DNA of 64,000 nt, from positions 15,128,001 to 15,192,000 of the forward strand of contig JBHGNT010000005.1 in the NCBI GenBank assembly GCA_043228905.1, written 5' to 3'. The notes under the pieces are model-generated. The model did not search any database, was not told where the DNA came from, and worked only from the letters and a program-made list of their open reading frames with translations. Position numbers and translations under genes: made by a program. Position 1 is the stretch's first letter. Each line of letters begins with the position of its first letter. Positions 36,484-50,699 of the stretch are shown one piece after another. The DNA comes from Azolla caroliniana (Eukaryota; Plantae; Polypodiophyta).

Positions 36484-38332
36484 TGTTACGAAGGTGCTAC
36501 GGCCCTTTTTGGTGCAACAGCGGATCGTGATGTGCAGGATCATTTAGGTTTCAAGGGAGAAAGAAAGGGGGGAAGGAGACTCACCTCTATAGCAACCCAA
36601 AAACATTATGTTTCATTACTCGCAAAAAAAACCTCTCTCTCTCTTTTCTCTTCTCTACTTCTTTTCCTACTACCACTCACTCTTACTTTTACCTAAGTAT
36701 ATAAATGACTTATATATTCAGCTAATTAGCTGTGAGTAGCTAAATAGTTGTGGATAGCTAAATAGTTGTTTTACCTATATGTCCAATAGTAGCTAGTTTC
36801 CTAATAGCTGCTATAAAAGATCTCGGTTACCAATAAGCATCACATGCTTTTGTTGAGCTTGTTTCTTAGCACTCCCCCTCAAGCTCAACTTATCCATTCT
36901 TGAGATCATCTTCAATCTTCTTTTCTTCAAGCTTTCCAGCTATCATATCAATGTTGATAACTCCCATCATGTCCCTAAACTGTGTATGTTTTTGTATGCT
37001 CAGACCCTTCGTAAGAATATCAGGCACTTGCCTATTTGTACTCACATACAACAAATCTACTTCTCCATCAATCACTTTCTCTCTAACAAAGTGATAATGC
37101 ACTTCAATGTGCTTTGTTCTTGCATGGAACATTGGGTTTTTTGCGAGCTGAATGTTGCTCATATTGTCACACCAAATTGTGACTGCACCATCTATATACT
37201 CTCCCAAATCAGCAAGCAATCTTCTAATACATACTTCTTCACAAGTGGCTATTGTAGCTCCTCTATATTCAGTTTTAGTACTTGATAATGCAACATTAGC
37301 TTGTTTCTTGCTACTCCATGAAATAGGCACACTTCCAATGTAAACATGTATCCTCTCGTGGATCTTCTATCAATTTGGCTTCTATCCCAATCAACATTTG
37401 TATATCCTTCCAACTTTATGTTCAAGTCGGCCCTGTAAAACAGTCCATAGTTTTGAGTAGCTTTTACATACCTCAAAATTCTTCTAATGCAGTCCAAATG
37501 TGGCTTTGTTGGTTGTTCCATAAACTAGCTAACTAATCCAACTGCATAACTCAAATCAAGTCTTGTTATAGTCAAGTATATGAGGCTGCCCACCATAGAC
37601 CTGTACATGTTCACATCTGTTATTTTCGCTCCCATATCAACCCTCAATTTGCAGTTCTTATGCAGTGCTACATCAATAGGTTTGCATCCAGGCATTCCAT
37701 ATTTCTTCAGCATAGTTATAACATACTATTTTTGCAACATGTATATTCCACTTTCAGGTCTAATCATCTCAATACCGAGAAAGTATTTCAACTCTCCCAA
37801 ATCCTTCATATGAAATTGCATTTCTATATTTTTCTTCAACTTGCTTATTTTATCCATAGAATCACCTCCAATGCTTAAATTATCAACATAAATCAAAATC
37901 ACAACAATGCAATCATTCACAATCTTTACATACAATGATGGATCAACCTTTGACATTTTGAGTTTTCAGAGATTCTGAAAGTTCTTTGTGCCATGCTCTC
38001 GATGCTTGTTTCAGTCCATAGAGAGCCTTTTTCAACTTACAAACATATTCTGGATGCTTCAAATCCTGGTGGTTGACACATGTATACTTCCTCTTCTATG
38101 TTACCATGTAAAAAAATATTTTTTACATCCATATGATGCAGAACCCATCTTTTCGCTGCACTTACAGCAAGTAGTGTCCTCAAGGTTGCCATTTTTGCAA
38201 CCGGTGCAAATATGTCATCATAATGATTTCCTTGCATTTGGGCATATCTATTTGCAATAAGTCTTGATTTATGTCTACTTACATACCCATTGGAATCATG
38301 CGTTGTTTTGTAGACCCATTTGCAACCTACCA

Positions 38333-39194
38333 TGTTACACGACCGGAAAAGGAGTTAAAGACCAGAATGTGAAAGGGATTGTTATTCGTAATCTATTTTA
38401 ATTAAGTAGAATAGATTATAATTATGTAGTGAACGGACGGACCGGAATCAATATGCCGATCCGGATCCGGACCGGTTCCGAACAAGTGCCGGTTGGCACC
38501 GTTTTGTACGTAGCACCGGTGACCTATATAAAGGCCCGGTTACAATGTAAAACTTTAACGGAGAATTAATATAAGCTTCTTGTTTTATCTTCACGTATTG
38601 ATTTACCGTTCTTTATTAATTGTTATATCTTACACATGTATTAAGTGAATGCCTTATTGCTAAGTAGCCAATTAAGTCGGATTAATCGTTGTGTCTTAAG
38701 TTATCTCGCCATAACACCCCTTTGGTGAAGTGTTTTCCGGAGACACCCTATGTTAGGCCATTGTCCGGCCCTAAGGATTAACACAGTTTTTGGCGACCAC
38801 GATTCCTGCACAATCGCAGCGAAAAGCAGCGGGAATGGATGACGCGACCAACGAACGACCCAGTTACGGAGCAAGCAAGGATGCTTGCTGAACGGCTAAG
38901 GAAGCGAGAGGCTTTCCAGTAAGCGGCAGAAGAAATCAGAGCGGATCGCTCATTTTCCAAGGTGATCCGGAGAGTGGCCAAGGAGTCACTTCGGCTACCA
39001 CAAAACGACTACCCGGACGAAGGAAGCAGCCTAAGCAGCCTCCGGGACGCGAAATCCCTTCTCCAGGCATTGGCAGCGGGTGAAGGTGAATCCGAAGCAT
39101 TTTTGGCATTTCAATCGGGTTCGGACGGGGAATACAGCGCGCAAACGAACTACCGTAGCAGTAACGACACCCCAGACAGACCTAAGGATTAACA
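38333..39194 (+). mobile_element. Internally deleted LTR element: one LTR (38333-38783), PBS-like site, ~400 bp internal sequence, and the last 14 bp of the 3' LTR; TSD TACCA
   Basis: tacca on both flanks. cctaaggattaaca occurs at the LTR end (38770-38783) and again at 39181-39194. tggcgaccacg follows the LTR. Confidence 0.75.
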
Positions 39195-40104
39195 TACCAC
39201 ATTTTTTCCTTTTGACAATTTTACCAAATCCCATGTTTTGTTTTCAGCCAATGCATCCATTTCTTCTTGCATTGCATTCACCCATTTCTTCTCAGCTTTT
39301 GCTTCATCAAAACTATTTGGATCAGGAATTTGTACCACTTTAGACGTATACGCATAATGCATAGCCATGTATGTATCATAACCATATCTTTCAACAGATT
39401 TTTTCTCTCTATCTGATCTTCTCAGTTTCTGATTTGCATCTTTAATTGGTCTTTCAACACTAGAGATTTTTAGCACTTGTGTACCCAGATGTTCATCTGA
39501 TGATACATCTGAGTCTACATCTTCCATGTTTCTAGATCCATCATCAAGCATTTCATATTCTGGCATCTTCCATTTTCCCTTTTTATTATCATATTTTTTA
39601 TGTCTTAGATTTTTTCCACTCCAAGCATTAGATTGAGATTTACTACCTGAGCTTCCAGATGCTCAAGTACATGCTATCGATGTTGGACTATGTTGTCGAA
39701 CCTTGTTTCCATTTCCATGGCAACCACTTTCATTTTAAGATTTATTTCTGTCTACATTTTCGTTGTCTTCATCAGTTTTTGCATCATGTTTTGGGATACA
39801 CCAACTACCCAACTCATCACGGCTTACTGCAATCTTTTTTGTTAAAGGGTTATAACATCTATACCCTTTTTGCTCCTCTGAATGTCCCACAAAAACACAT
39901 TTTTCAGCTTTTTGATCAATCTTACCTCTTACTTCAGTAGGTACATGAACATAAGCAAGGAATCCAAACACACTTAAGTGTCCTAAACTAGGTTCCTTGC
40001 CATATAAACATTCTTCAGGAGTTACTACATGTACTCCAGATGTTATGCATCTATTTAGAATATAGTTTGTTGTATTTACAGCCTTAGCCCAGTAATACAA
40101 CGGT

Positions 40105-43100
40105 TGTCATGATATAGCAAGACTCGAACCCATGACCTTATGCTACATGGGTCGAGCTCTTGACCATTAGACCATACATTGTAATACATAGAATATTATT
40201 TTCATTTATGTTTTATTATAGAAAAATTGATGCATATTCCAGATTTCTCTGGAACATTCTAGAAACTTCAGGAGTATTCCTTAGAACACTATAAAAGGAG
40301 GCACAAGGCATTATTTCGAACCAAATCGGTTCAACGCCAATCTTAAGCCTCCCAGCTACTACTATACATTCTCTTCACATAATATATATATCTTTTCCTA
40401 TCATCACTCTCTCTATCTCTCTCTCCCTCCCTCTCACTCACTCTTTCCTTCTCTCAAGAGTTCTTCACCTCTCTTAGTACTAAAACTTCCTTTAGTACTA
40501 ATTCCTTCTCTGTCTTAGTACTATTCCTGACAGTTTGAACTGATTTCGGTCGTTCTTCCTTCCGTATCTTCCTTTCCTCCTCTTCCTTTTATCTTCTTAC
40601 TAATCCTCTTATTCTCCATTGTAAAATGGAAACTGTTAGCGCTCAGGAATACCAATCTGTTTTCTCGGAGCTCCAGTGCTTAAAAGAGAAATTTGTAGCA
40701 CTAGAACAAGAAAATCATCGTTTGTTGGGGGATCTTCAACAAATAGCGCTGGAAAAATAACAACATGGGGAGCTTACGTTACGTGTACAACAACTCGAAG
40801 CGACTATCGTATCATTACAACAAGGATCAAGCACTCAAGGGATTCACAAAGAACCCAAGATCGGTCTTCCTGCGAAATTTGATGGGACCCCATCACAGTT
40901 TAGAGGGTTTTTGAATCAGGTACGTTTAGTGATACAAAAGCATCCTTCTCAATATCCCACCGATGCATCACGAGTGGGACTAGTAGGCACTCTCCTTAGT
41001 GGCTTAGCGTTAGCATGGTTTGCTCCATTTTTGGAAAAGGAATCTCCATTACTAAACAGTTTTGAAGAATTTATAAGTGACTTTAAGGCCTATTTTGGAG
41101 ATACTGAAAGCATAAGGACTGCAATCGACAAAATCCGCCGATTATGCCAAGGTGACCGTTCAGCCTCCGCATACGCTGCAGATTTCCGCCTACTCGTTGC
41201 CGATATCCCTTGGGATGATCACGCATTGATGGAGCAATTTCGTTATGGTTTACGCAACGATGTCAAGGATTTACTCTTGACCTTCCCTGAAGAGCCAAAG
41301 TCATTAACATAAGCAATCAGTCGCGCGGTGAGATGCGACAACCACCTCTTCGAACAACGTTCGGAACGACAATTCCAGATTCTGAGGGCAAGATCAGAGC
41401 CTACCTACACCTCAGTGGTAGCGAAACCTTTTCCGAGGGATTCATATAATGCGCCTCCAATAAGTACTCCAACTCCGATGGAAATTGATACCACACGTCG
41501 TTGTGGACCGCTATCGAAAGAAGAAAAGCAACGACGTCGAGCAAACAGACTATGTCTTTATTGTGGTGGACCAAGGCATATCACGGTAAATTGTCCCCAT
41601 AGGCCAAGAAGGCAGGTAGACCAAATAGTTGCTAGTTCTGAATGTACTAAACCTGAGTCTATTTCAGTAGGGATATCTGATAGTCCTAATAGTACTAATA
41701 GCCCAACTCTAGCGAACAAATTTGATGTCCTTAGTCAGTTAGAAGAAGAGTTAAACGACTAAGTCCAGTCAAAATAGGAGCCGTTTGGTTGGACAGCCCT
41801 AGATTTGTGCAGCCCATTAGTGGTTCCATTCCCTCTAAGCAAGTTAGCAATGTATTCGTAGCCCAAGTAACAGTTAGTACTAAAAATACCCCTCCAGTAC
41901 ATGTCTTAGCACTTCTAGATTCCAGAGCTAATTCTTGCTTCATGGATAGGAACTTTGCCTAAGCTCATCAAATATCTCTCAGAAAACTCCCATGTCCAGC
42001 CTCTGTAGTAGTCATTGATGGTCGTCCCATTGCTTCCGGAAATATCATAGAAGAGTCAGAGCCCGTTAATATTGTCCTAGATAATCTAGCATGTGTAGTA
42101 TCATTTAATATAATTAGCATCCCAGAACACCCCATTGTTTTAGGATTACCATGGTTCGAATTACATAACCTAGACGTAGATTGGAGAACAAGAGAAATCC
42201 AGTATCGAAAAGCCCGAGGATCCACTCATGAGATTGCAACCATTTCGCTCCATCAGTTGCGGGAAGAAGGACACAAGGAAGAAATGTTTCTCTTCACAAT
42301 ATCAGTAAAGCCCTCAGACACCATTAAAGAGGAGTCCACCATTCAACTTCCAAAGAAGTATCATCATTATACCGATGTGTTCGATAAAGTACAAGCCAAT
42401 ACACTTCCTCACCATCGACTGTATGATTGCCCCATCAATTTACAACCGGGGAAAGAGCCACCATGGAGACCGATCTACAATTTGTCACCAACCGAGCTAG
42501 AAGTCTTGCGAGCCTATATAGAGGAGAATTTGGAAAATGGTTTCATTCGGCATTCGAAATCTCCAGCCGGCGCACCCATTTTCTTCGTCAAGAAAAAGGA
42601 TGGATCACTTCGTCTCGTTGTAGATTACCATGGCTTGAATAAGGTGACAATCAAAAATAGGTATGCACTTCCCCTTATTCCAGGCCATTTAGAACGGATC
42701 AATGGTGCCAGGTTCTTCACGAATATCGACTTACGGATCCGACCAGGAGATGAATGGAAGACCAAGTTTCGCACCAGATATGGGCACTTCGAGTATACAG
42801 TCATGTCGTTCAGCCTCACTAATGCACTAGCAATCTGTTAGGAAACAGGTCCCTCCGGATGGGATTGGAGTACCCGGGAACAAAAGACCCGGTGAGAACC
42901 GGATGACGAGTACCCGGAGAGCCAGATGGTGAAGACCCGGTGAGAACCGGATGTGGAGTACCCAGCAACGGAAGACCCGGTGAGAACCGGATGACATGTG
43001 CCCGGCAAGCACCGGATGATGCAGGCCCGGTGAGGAGTGCTCACCGGATGAAGGGACATATTCGGAAATATGTTTCTGAGAGTCCATCGGGGCTATATTT

Positions 43101-43203
43101 GTAAATAGCCGAAAAGTCATATTAGTATAAATATGACTTAGGGCAAACTTTAGTATGTGTTGTTGTCATTCTTGTTGGCGCAAGATTAGAGCGCGTAACA
43201 GTG

Positions 43204-43248
<45 letters not shown>

Positions 43249-46200
43249 AGAAGAGTTTGTTGCCTCTGTTGTAACCGCCGCCTGTGGCGAAGATAGCAAG
43301 CTCGAGGTCGTTGCCTTGGTGCTCTACTATTGTACATTCTGATATAGTGATAGTTTGCAGTCTGTGGGCTGTCGTGGTTTTTCCCTAGTTTGGGTTTTCC
43401 ACGTTAACATCTTGTGTACTCTTCTCTTCACTATGTCGTGCCTTCATTCCCGTTTTTTCTGTGTATGATTCTAAGCTCGGTTGTGGCCCAGAGTTGCGCA
43501 TAGTGAGCGTGTAATTCCTGTCAACGTGGTATCAAAGAAAATGACACAAAAAATGGACGAATCATTGGGAGGCATGTTCAAGCTCACCGGCTCCAACTAT
43601 TCCATGTGGAAGTCGAAGATGAGGGACATGCTCATGGTTAAAGATCTTTGGTGGCCGGTTCAATTTGGGGACAAGAGACCAGACAAAATCGACGCCATGA
43701 TATGGGAGGTGATGCACATGAAGACAATGGCTTACATACGGTGTTTCATCGACATGAGCCTATACAACAACTTCAATGAAGAGAGCAAGGCTCATGAGCT
43801 CTGGGAGAAGATCGGCATTATGTTTCAGAACAAAAATGTTGTTAACCAGGTTTCGGTATTCCGAAAGCTAGTAAGACTCCAGTACCAAGATGGCTCCAGC
43901 ATGGCGGAGCACATGAATGCCTTCCAGGGGCTGATACACCAGGCAACATCATTGGAAGTACCTCTCGCCGATGAGGTACTAGTGCTACTCCTGCTCAGTT
44001 CCCTCCCGGATAGCTGGGAGACGTTGGTTGTCACTTTGGGCAACGCTGGGCCGGAAGGGAAACGGTTATCCCTAGCAAGAGTGAAGTCGAGCTTGCTAGA
44101 TGAGGAGGCGCGTCGAAAAGATAAGGATACGAGCTCCGACTCCAAAGCGCTCCTTAACGAATCGGAACGCGAAAGACAAAGGAACCATAGTCCCCAGAAC
44201 CGGGAGAAGTCGGGGACACGGTCAAAGTCAAGGGGGAGGCCTACTTGCTTCTATTGCGGCAAGCCGGGACACTTCCAGAAGAACTGTTGGCATTTCCGAA
44301 AAGACAAGGAAACCGACAGTACCGATTCGAAGCGGACACCGGACCGGAACGGTAAAGACCGGAGGGGGGCGGACCGGAAGGGAACGACGGCAATCACGGG
44401 AAGTGAAGAAGAGTTGATGCTCATCACCGAGGAGAGTGAACTAAACCTTGCCGGCGACGAGATGACCTGGGTGGTCGACTCCGGAGCGTTGTTCCACCTT
44501 ACCCCAGTTGTGTCTGGATGGGGAATGAAGGTACATGCCAAATTGTCGGCATAGGAGACGTGTGGTTGACAACACCAACCGGATGCAAGCTGCTGCTGAA
44601 GGATGTCTGACACGTTCTGGAAGTTCATCTAAACTTGATATCAGCCAGTCGGATAGATAATGAAGGCTACACGGGTAGCATCCAGAACGGTGTTATGAAG
44701 TTCAGCAAAGGGAGCCCGATTGTGGCTCGGGCCCGGAAGGTCAACACGTTGTATCTGATGAATGCCTGATTATGTCCGGAGGAAGTGAACGTGGCATCCG
44801 CCACTGCCGGTGAGCTGTGGCACAAGAGGCTATGTCACATGAGCGAGAAGGGGGTGACGAGGCTTGTAGACGACAACCTCATTCCAGTGAAGAACGTGCA
44901 CTTGGAGAAGTGCACTGATTGTCTGGCCGACAATCAAAACCAGACCTCCTTCCGATCGAGGCCACCGATGAGACGTAATGCACCACTGGAGTTGGTGCAT
45001 ACTGATGTATGCCAAGTGGACACAAAGTCACATGCAGGATCGCAGTACTTCGTGACTTTCATAGATAACCACAGCCGGAAGCTGTGGGCCACACCGTTGA
45101 AGACGAAGGATCAGGTATTATCCGTCTTCAAAGAGCTCCACGCGAGAGTGGAAAGAGAAATCGGTCGGAAGCTGAAGGCGGTTCGAGCAGATAACGGAGG
45201 TGAATACCGGGGGCAGTTCGAGGAGTATTGTCACTCGAAGGGAATCCGGCTCGAATTTACCGTGCCGAAGACGCCGAAACTAAACGGGCTGGCCGAGAGG
45301 ATGAACCGGACCATAATGGAGAGGGTCCGGAGTATGCTGGCGCATGCAAAACTACCCAAGAAGTTTTGGGTTGAGGCACTATCGACGGCGACATATGTGA
45401 TAAACAGATCACCCTTAGTACCCTTGGATGGAGACACGCCACAGAGAGTCTGGACCGGTAAGGAAGTGTCCTACCGGCATCTGAAGGTATTTGGGTGTCT
45501 TGTGTATGTGCATGTAGCTAAGGACCGGAGAGGAAAACTAGATTCGAAGACCCGGCCATGCATATTCCTCGGTTACGGCGACGATGAGTTCGGCTACCGA
45601 GTGTGGGACCTGGTCAACAAGAAGGTATTCCGGAGTCGAGATATTATCTTCATGGAGGACAAGACGCTCGCCGACTGGAAGTCAGAGAAGAAGATAATGA
45701 ACTTTGAGTCAACCGGTAAGGATCGATTCTACGATGAGCAGACCCAACCGGCAAGAGACCGGTTAGCACTCGAGGAACCAGCCAGTTACCGAACTGGCAG
45801 AAGAAAAAGTAGAGGAAGCTGAAACCGGAACCGGCCAAGACCCCGAATCGGATTTGGATGAAGAGCAAATGGAGGAGCCGGTTATCGAAGCCCAAAGACG
45901 GAGATATCCTCTCAGAGAGAGAAGGGCCCCCCGGAGATTTCCGGATGCAGAGCATGTGCTGCTAACCGATGAGGGGGAGCCAGAAAGCTTCGAAGAAGCG
46001 AAGGATGACACCCACAGCTGCCAATAGTTAAGTTCCATGCAAGATGAGATGGATTCCGTGCACGAGAACCATACGTACGAATTGGTGGAGTTTCCGAAAG
46101 GAAAGAGGGCACTCCGAAACAAGTGGGTGTACAAGTTGAAACCGGGAGATGCTAGCAACCTCCCGAGATATAAAGCCAGGATCGTGGTGAAGGGGTTCCA

Positions 46201-47925
46201 GCAGAAGAAGGGTGTGGACTTCGACGAGATATTTGCCCTGGTAGTAAAGATGACCTCCATCCGGACGGTGCTGAGTATAGTGGCAAGCATGGACCTCGAG
46301 GTAGAGCAGCTGGATGTGAAGATGGCATTCCTTCACGGTGACCTCGAAGAGGAGATCTACATGCAGCAACCGGAAGGATTCGTGGAGAAAGGGAAGGAGC
46401 ACCTGGTTTGCCGGTTGAAGAAGAGCCTGTACGGACTGAAGCGGGCTCCCCGGCAATGGTACCGGAAGTTCGACTCCTTCATGACCGATCAAGGGTACCA
46501 CAAGACGCAGGCCGATCACTGTGTGTTTGTGAAGAAGTTCGAAGGAGGCGACTTCCTGATACTCCTGTACGTGGACGACATGTTGATCGTCGGACGGGAC
46601 CAAGCCAAAATTCGGATGCTGAAGAAGGCTCTCAACCGGACCTTCTCAATGAAAGAGTTGGGTCCGGCAAGATAGATGTTGGGGATGCATATCATCCGGA
46701 ACCGGCCAATGAAGCAATTGTGGGTGTCACAGGAGAAGTACGTGACAAAGGTGCTTCAGCGGTTCAACATGTTAGGAGCCAAACCGGTCGGATCGACACT
46801 CCCGGCAAACTGCAGATTGTCCGATAAGCAAAGCCCGAAGACGAAAGCAGAAAAGGATGATATGATGAAGGTTCCATATGCCTCAGCCGTCGGGAGCTTA
46901 ATGTACACAATGGTGTGTACCCGACTGGATATAGGATACGCATTCGGAGTGGTGAGCCGGTTTATGAGCAATCCCGGCAAGGAGCACTGGAACGCGGTCA
47001 AATGGATACTCCGGTACTTGAAGGGCACTTCAAATATGTGTCTCTGATTCGGCTCTGGTAAACCTCAACTTGACGGTTTTACCGATTCGGACATGTCGGT
47101 TGATGTGGATACCAGCCGGTCTACTTCCGGGTATGTAATGACATATGCAGGGGGAGCTGTTTCGTGGCAGTCAAGGCTGCAAAAGACGGTTGCGTTGTCA
47201 ACCACGGAGGCGGAGTACATGGCGGTTGTGGAAGCCGGCAAGGAAATATTATGGATGAAGGACTTCATCGGAGAGCTCGGTATCCGGCAAGACGAATATC
47301 GGCTCTATTGCGACAGTCAAAGTGCCATCCACCTTGCTAAGAATGAGGCCTACCATTCCCGGACGAAGCATATCCAGCGAAGGTATCACTGGATCCGGGA
47401 AAGAGTAGATGACCATGAGTTCGTGCTGACGAAGATACACACAGCCGAGAACGGGTCAGATATGTTGACCAAAGTACTGATACCCGACAAGCTGGATGCA
47501 TGTCGGAAGCGGATCGGACTAGTAAGACATCCCATGCCGGAGTGAAGGGGGAGTTTGTTAGGAAACAGGTCCCTCCGGATGGGATTGGAGTACCCGGCAA
47601 CGGAAGACCCGGTGAGAACCGGATGACGAGTACCCGGCAAGAGCCGGATGGTGAAAACCCGGTGAGAACCGGATGTGGAGTACCCGGCAATGGAAGATCC
47701 GGTGAGAACCGGATGATGTGTGCCTGGCAAGTGCCGGATGATGCAGGCCCGGTGAGGAGTGCTCACCGGATGAAGGGACATATTCGGAAATATGTTTCTG
47801 AGAGTCCATCGGGGCTATATTTGTAAATAGCCAAAAAGTCATATTAGTATAAATATGACTTAGGACAAACTTTAGTATGTGTTGTTGTCATTCTTGTTGG
47901 CGCAAGATTAGAGCGCGTAATAGTG

Positions 47926-47960
<35 letters not shown>

Positions 47961-49787
47961 AGAGGTCGTTGCCTCTATTGTAACCGCCGCCTGTGGCGAA
48001 GATAGCAAGCTCGACGTCATTGCCTCGGTGCTCTACTATTGTACATTCTGATATAGTGATAGTTTGCAGTCTGTGGGCTGCCTTGGTTTTTCCCTAGTTT
48101 GGGTTTTCCACGTTAACATCCTGTGTACTCTTCTCTTCACTGTGTCGTGCCTTCATTCCTGTTTTTTCTGTGTATGATTCTAAGCTCGGTTGTGGCCGAG
48201 CGTTGCGCATAGCAAGCGTGTAGTTCCTGTCACAATCTTCCAGCACATGGCAAATGATATATTCCGAGATCTCTTGGATGTTTGTTTGATCATCTATTTG
48301 GATGATCTACTGGTTTATTCGAAGACCCAAGAAGAGCATGATTCTCATGTACTGTTAGTACTAAAACGACTTCGAGAACATGGTCTTTATGCAAAGCTGG
48401 AAAAATGTAGTTTTGGGTGCAACCAGGTGGAATTTCTGGGCTATGTCATTTCCTCGGAAGGCATCTCCATGGACCCAGCTAAGGTCAAAATTGTGCTAGA
48501 GTGGCAGACTCTGCGTTCAGTGCGAGATGTGCAATGCTTTTTAGGCTCGTTCTACCTCTCACATAGCTTACCAAGAAGGGACAATCATTCATTTGGTCTA
48601 AAGAAGGGAACATGGCTTTCGAGAGTCTTAAAAAGGCATTTACATGGGCTCCAATTCTAGCTCATGTCGATTTGGAAAAAGTTACGCCATTTTATGCTTA
48701 TACGGGTGCTCATCCCCGGTGGTGTGTCTTCGAAACCCCAGAGTTGTCCACAAATCCTTGCGCAGAGGATCGTTTAGAGCGGTTACGCAAGATACAAGCT
48801 GATTTATCTACTCATCTCCAACAAGCCCAACAAACACACAAGGTTTATGCGGATCGTCATCGACTCCCATCCAGTTTTAACATTGGAGATCGGGTATGGC
48901 TACTACGACGACACATCAAGACTACTCGCCCATGCGAGAAGTTGGATTATCGGTGATTAGGTCCTTTTCGTATTATAGGAAATATTAATGATGTCTCTTT
49001 TCGTCTAGATCTACCTCCGGATATTAACTTCGGATACATCCGGTGTTTCATAGTTCTCTCCTCGATGAGAGCACCATCCTAGGACGTATTACACAGCCTC
49101 CACCCCCGATCGAGCTTGAAGATGGACCTGAGTACGAGGTTGCCGCCATCCTTGATTCCAAGATTGTTCGCAACAAGCTCTACTATCTAGTCGATTGGCT
49201 AGGATATAGTCCCAACGAGCGTACTTGGGAACTGATAGAGAATGTGACCAATGTTCGTGCTCTTCTTGAAGACTTCCATCGTCAATATCCAGACAAAACG
49301 GGTCCTCAATCCAAAACGACTCGTAACACTCGTCGTTTTAAAGGGGAGATAGTGTCATGATATGGCAAGACTCGAACCCATGACCTTATGCTACATGGGT
49401 CGAGCTCTTGACCATTAAACCATACATTGTAATACGTAGAATATTATTTTCATTTATGTTTTATTATAGAAAATTGATGTATATTCCAGATTTCTCTGGA
49501 ACATTCTAGAAACTTCAGGAGTATTCCTTAGAACACTATAAAAGGAGGCACAAGGCATTATTTTGAACCAAATCGGTTCAACGCCAGTCTTAAGCCTCCT
49601 AACTACTACTGTACATTCTCTTCACATAATATATATATTTTTTCTTATCATCACTCTCTCTCTCTCTCTCTATCTCTCTCCCTCCCTCTCACTCACTCTT
49701 TCCTTCTCTCAAGAGTTCTTCACCTCTCTTAGTACTAAAACTTCTTTTAGTACTAATTCCTTCTCTGTCTTAGTACTGTTCCTGACA
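40105..49787 (+). mobile_element. Tcn1-like Ty3/gypsy chromovirus (LTRs 40105-40532, 49353-49787), interrupted in RT by a copia and lacking RNaseH and the integrase core
   Basis: Gag (EPKIGLPAKFDG, CLYCGGPRH..NC), protease ALLDSRANSCF, RT 42257-42835 plus 48233-48660 (IYLDDLLVYS), chromodomain EYEVAAILDSK..YYLVDWLGY..TWE. TSD is degenerate (acggt/atgcc). Confidence 0.9.
42836..48232 (+). mobile_element. Full-length Tork/Tnt1-like Ty1/copia (LTRs 42836-43523, 47556-48232; TSD CAATC)
   Basis: caatc on both flanks, PBS tggtatca at 43527, PPT gaagggggag. Gag with CFYCGKPGHFQKNC, protease VVDSGA, integrase 44785-45822, RT LYVDDML, RNaseH to 47545; few stops or frameshifts. Confidence 0.96.
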
Positions 49788-50699
49788 ATGCCATATTTTT
49801 TTCAGTCATCAAAGCTCTTGCTATGTTTCCCAAAGTTCTGTTTTTCCTCTCAACCACTCCATCTGGTTGTGGAGTATATCTAGATGTGAACTATCTCCTT
49901 ATTCCTTGATTGCATAGAAAATCAGAATATTCATTTGAGAAGTATTCTCCTCCTCCATCAGACCTTAAGCATTTTATTCTAGTCCCGGCTTGCTTTTCTA
50001 CCATGCATTTGAACTTACAAAAGCAATCAATCACTCTTCTCTCTCATGAAGTAAACCCATGTTTTCCTTGAGTAATCATCAATGAATGTTACATAAAACC
50101 TGTAGCCACCAATTGAGACATTTTTTGTTGGTCCCCATACATCTGTATGTACCAAATCCAACAAGTTTTTGCTTATATGTCCTTCATGAGGGAAAGACAG
50201 CCTGTTTTTCTTTCCATATTGACATGCTTAGCATATTTTGCTCATCTCACAGTCTTTCAACTTTGGCAGTCCAGCCATTACATTTTTTCTCAACATATTT
50301 TGCAAGTTTGCATACTTATGTGTCCCATTCGTTTATGCCACATTTCTACATCTGAAGAGTACATTCATCTCTCTTGCAAACATGGTTGTAATTTTTTTTG
50401 GCATATCCACATCTAAAACAAACATTCTTCCTTGACGTTTTCCTTTTGCAATCAGCTTTCAATGTTTCTCTATGAAGCACCCACTTTGCTTAAACTTTAC
50501 TTGCATTCCTTGCTCAACTATTTGTCCAACAAAAATCAGAATTTTTGTAAGATTTGGAACATGCATAACATTCAACATATACTTTGTTTTCCCTCTTTCT
50601 TCCCACAATGGAATATCTCCTACATGTTTGATTGTATGAGTAGTATTATCACCCGTCTGTACATAACCAGGAATCTTTGCTTCTCTTAAACTTGTTCTC

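Larger units (their letters stand above)
36484..50690 (-). mobile_element. AT-rich decayed copia (3' LTR 36484-36871) split by nested insertions; pieces at 36872-38332, 39195-40104 and 49788-50690
   Basis: PPT reads ctccccctcaag on the plus strand at 36872. RNaseH 36890-37330, RT 37726-38333, integrase 39735-40100 and ~49790-50330, pre-integrase region 50459-50701. Confidence 0.85.
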
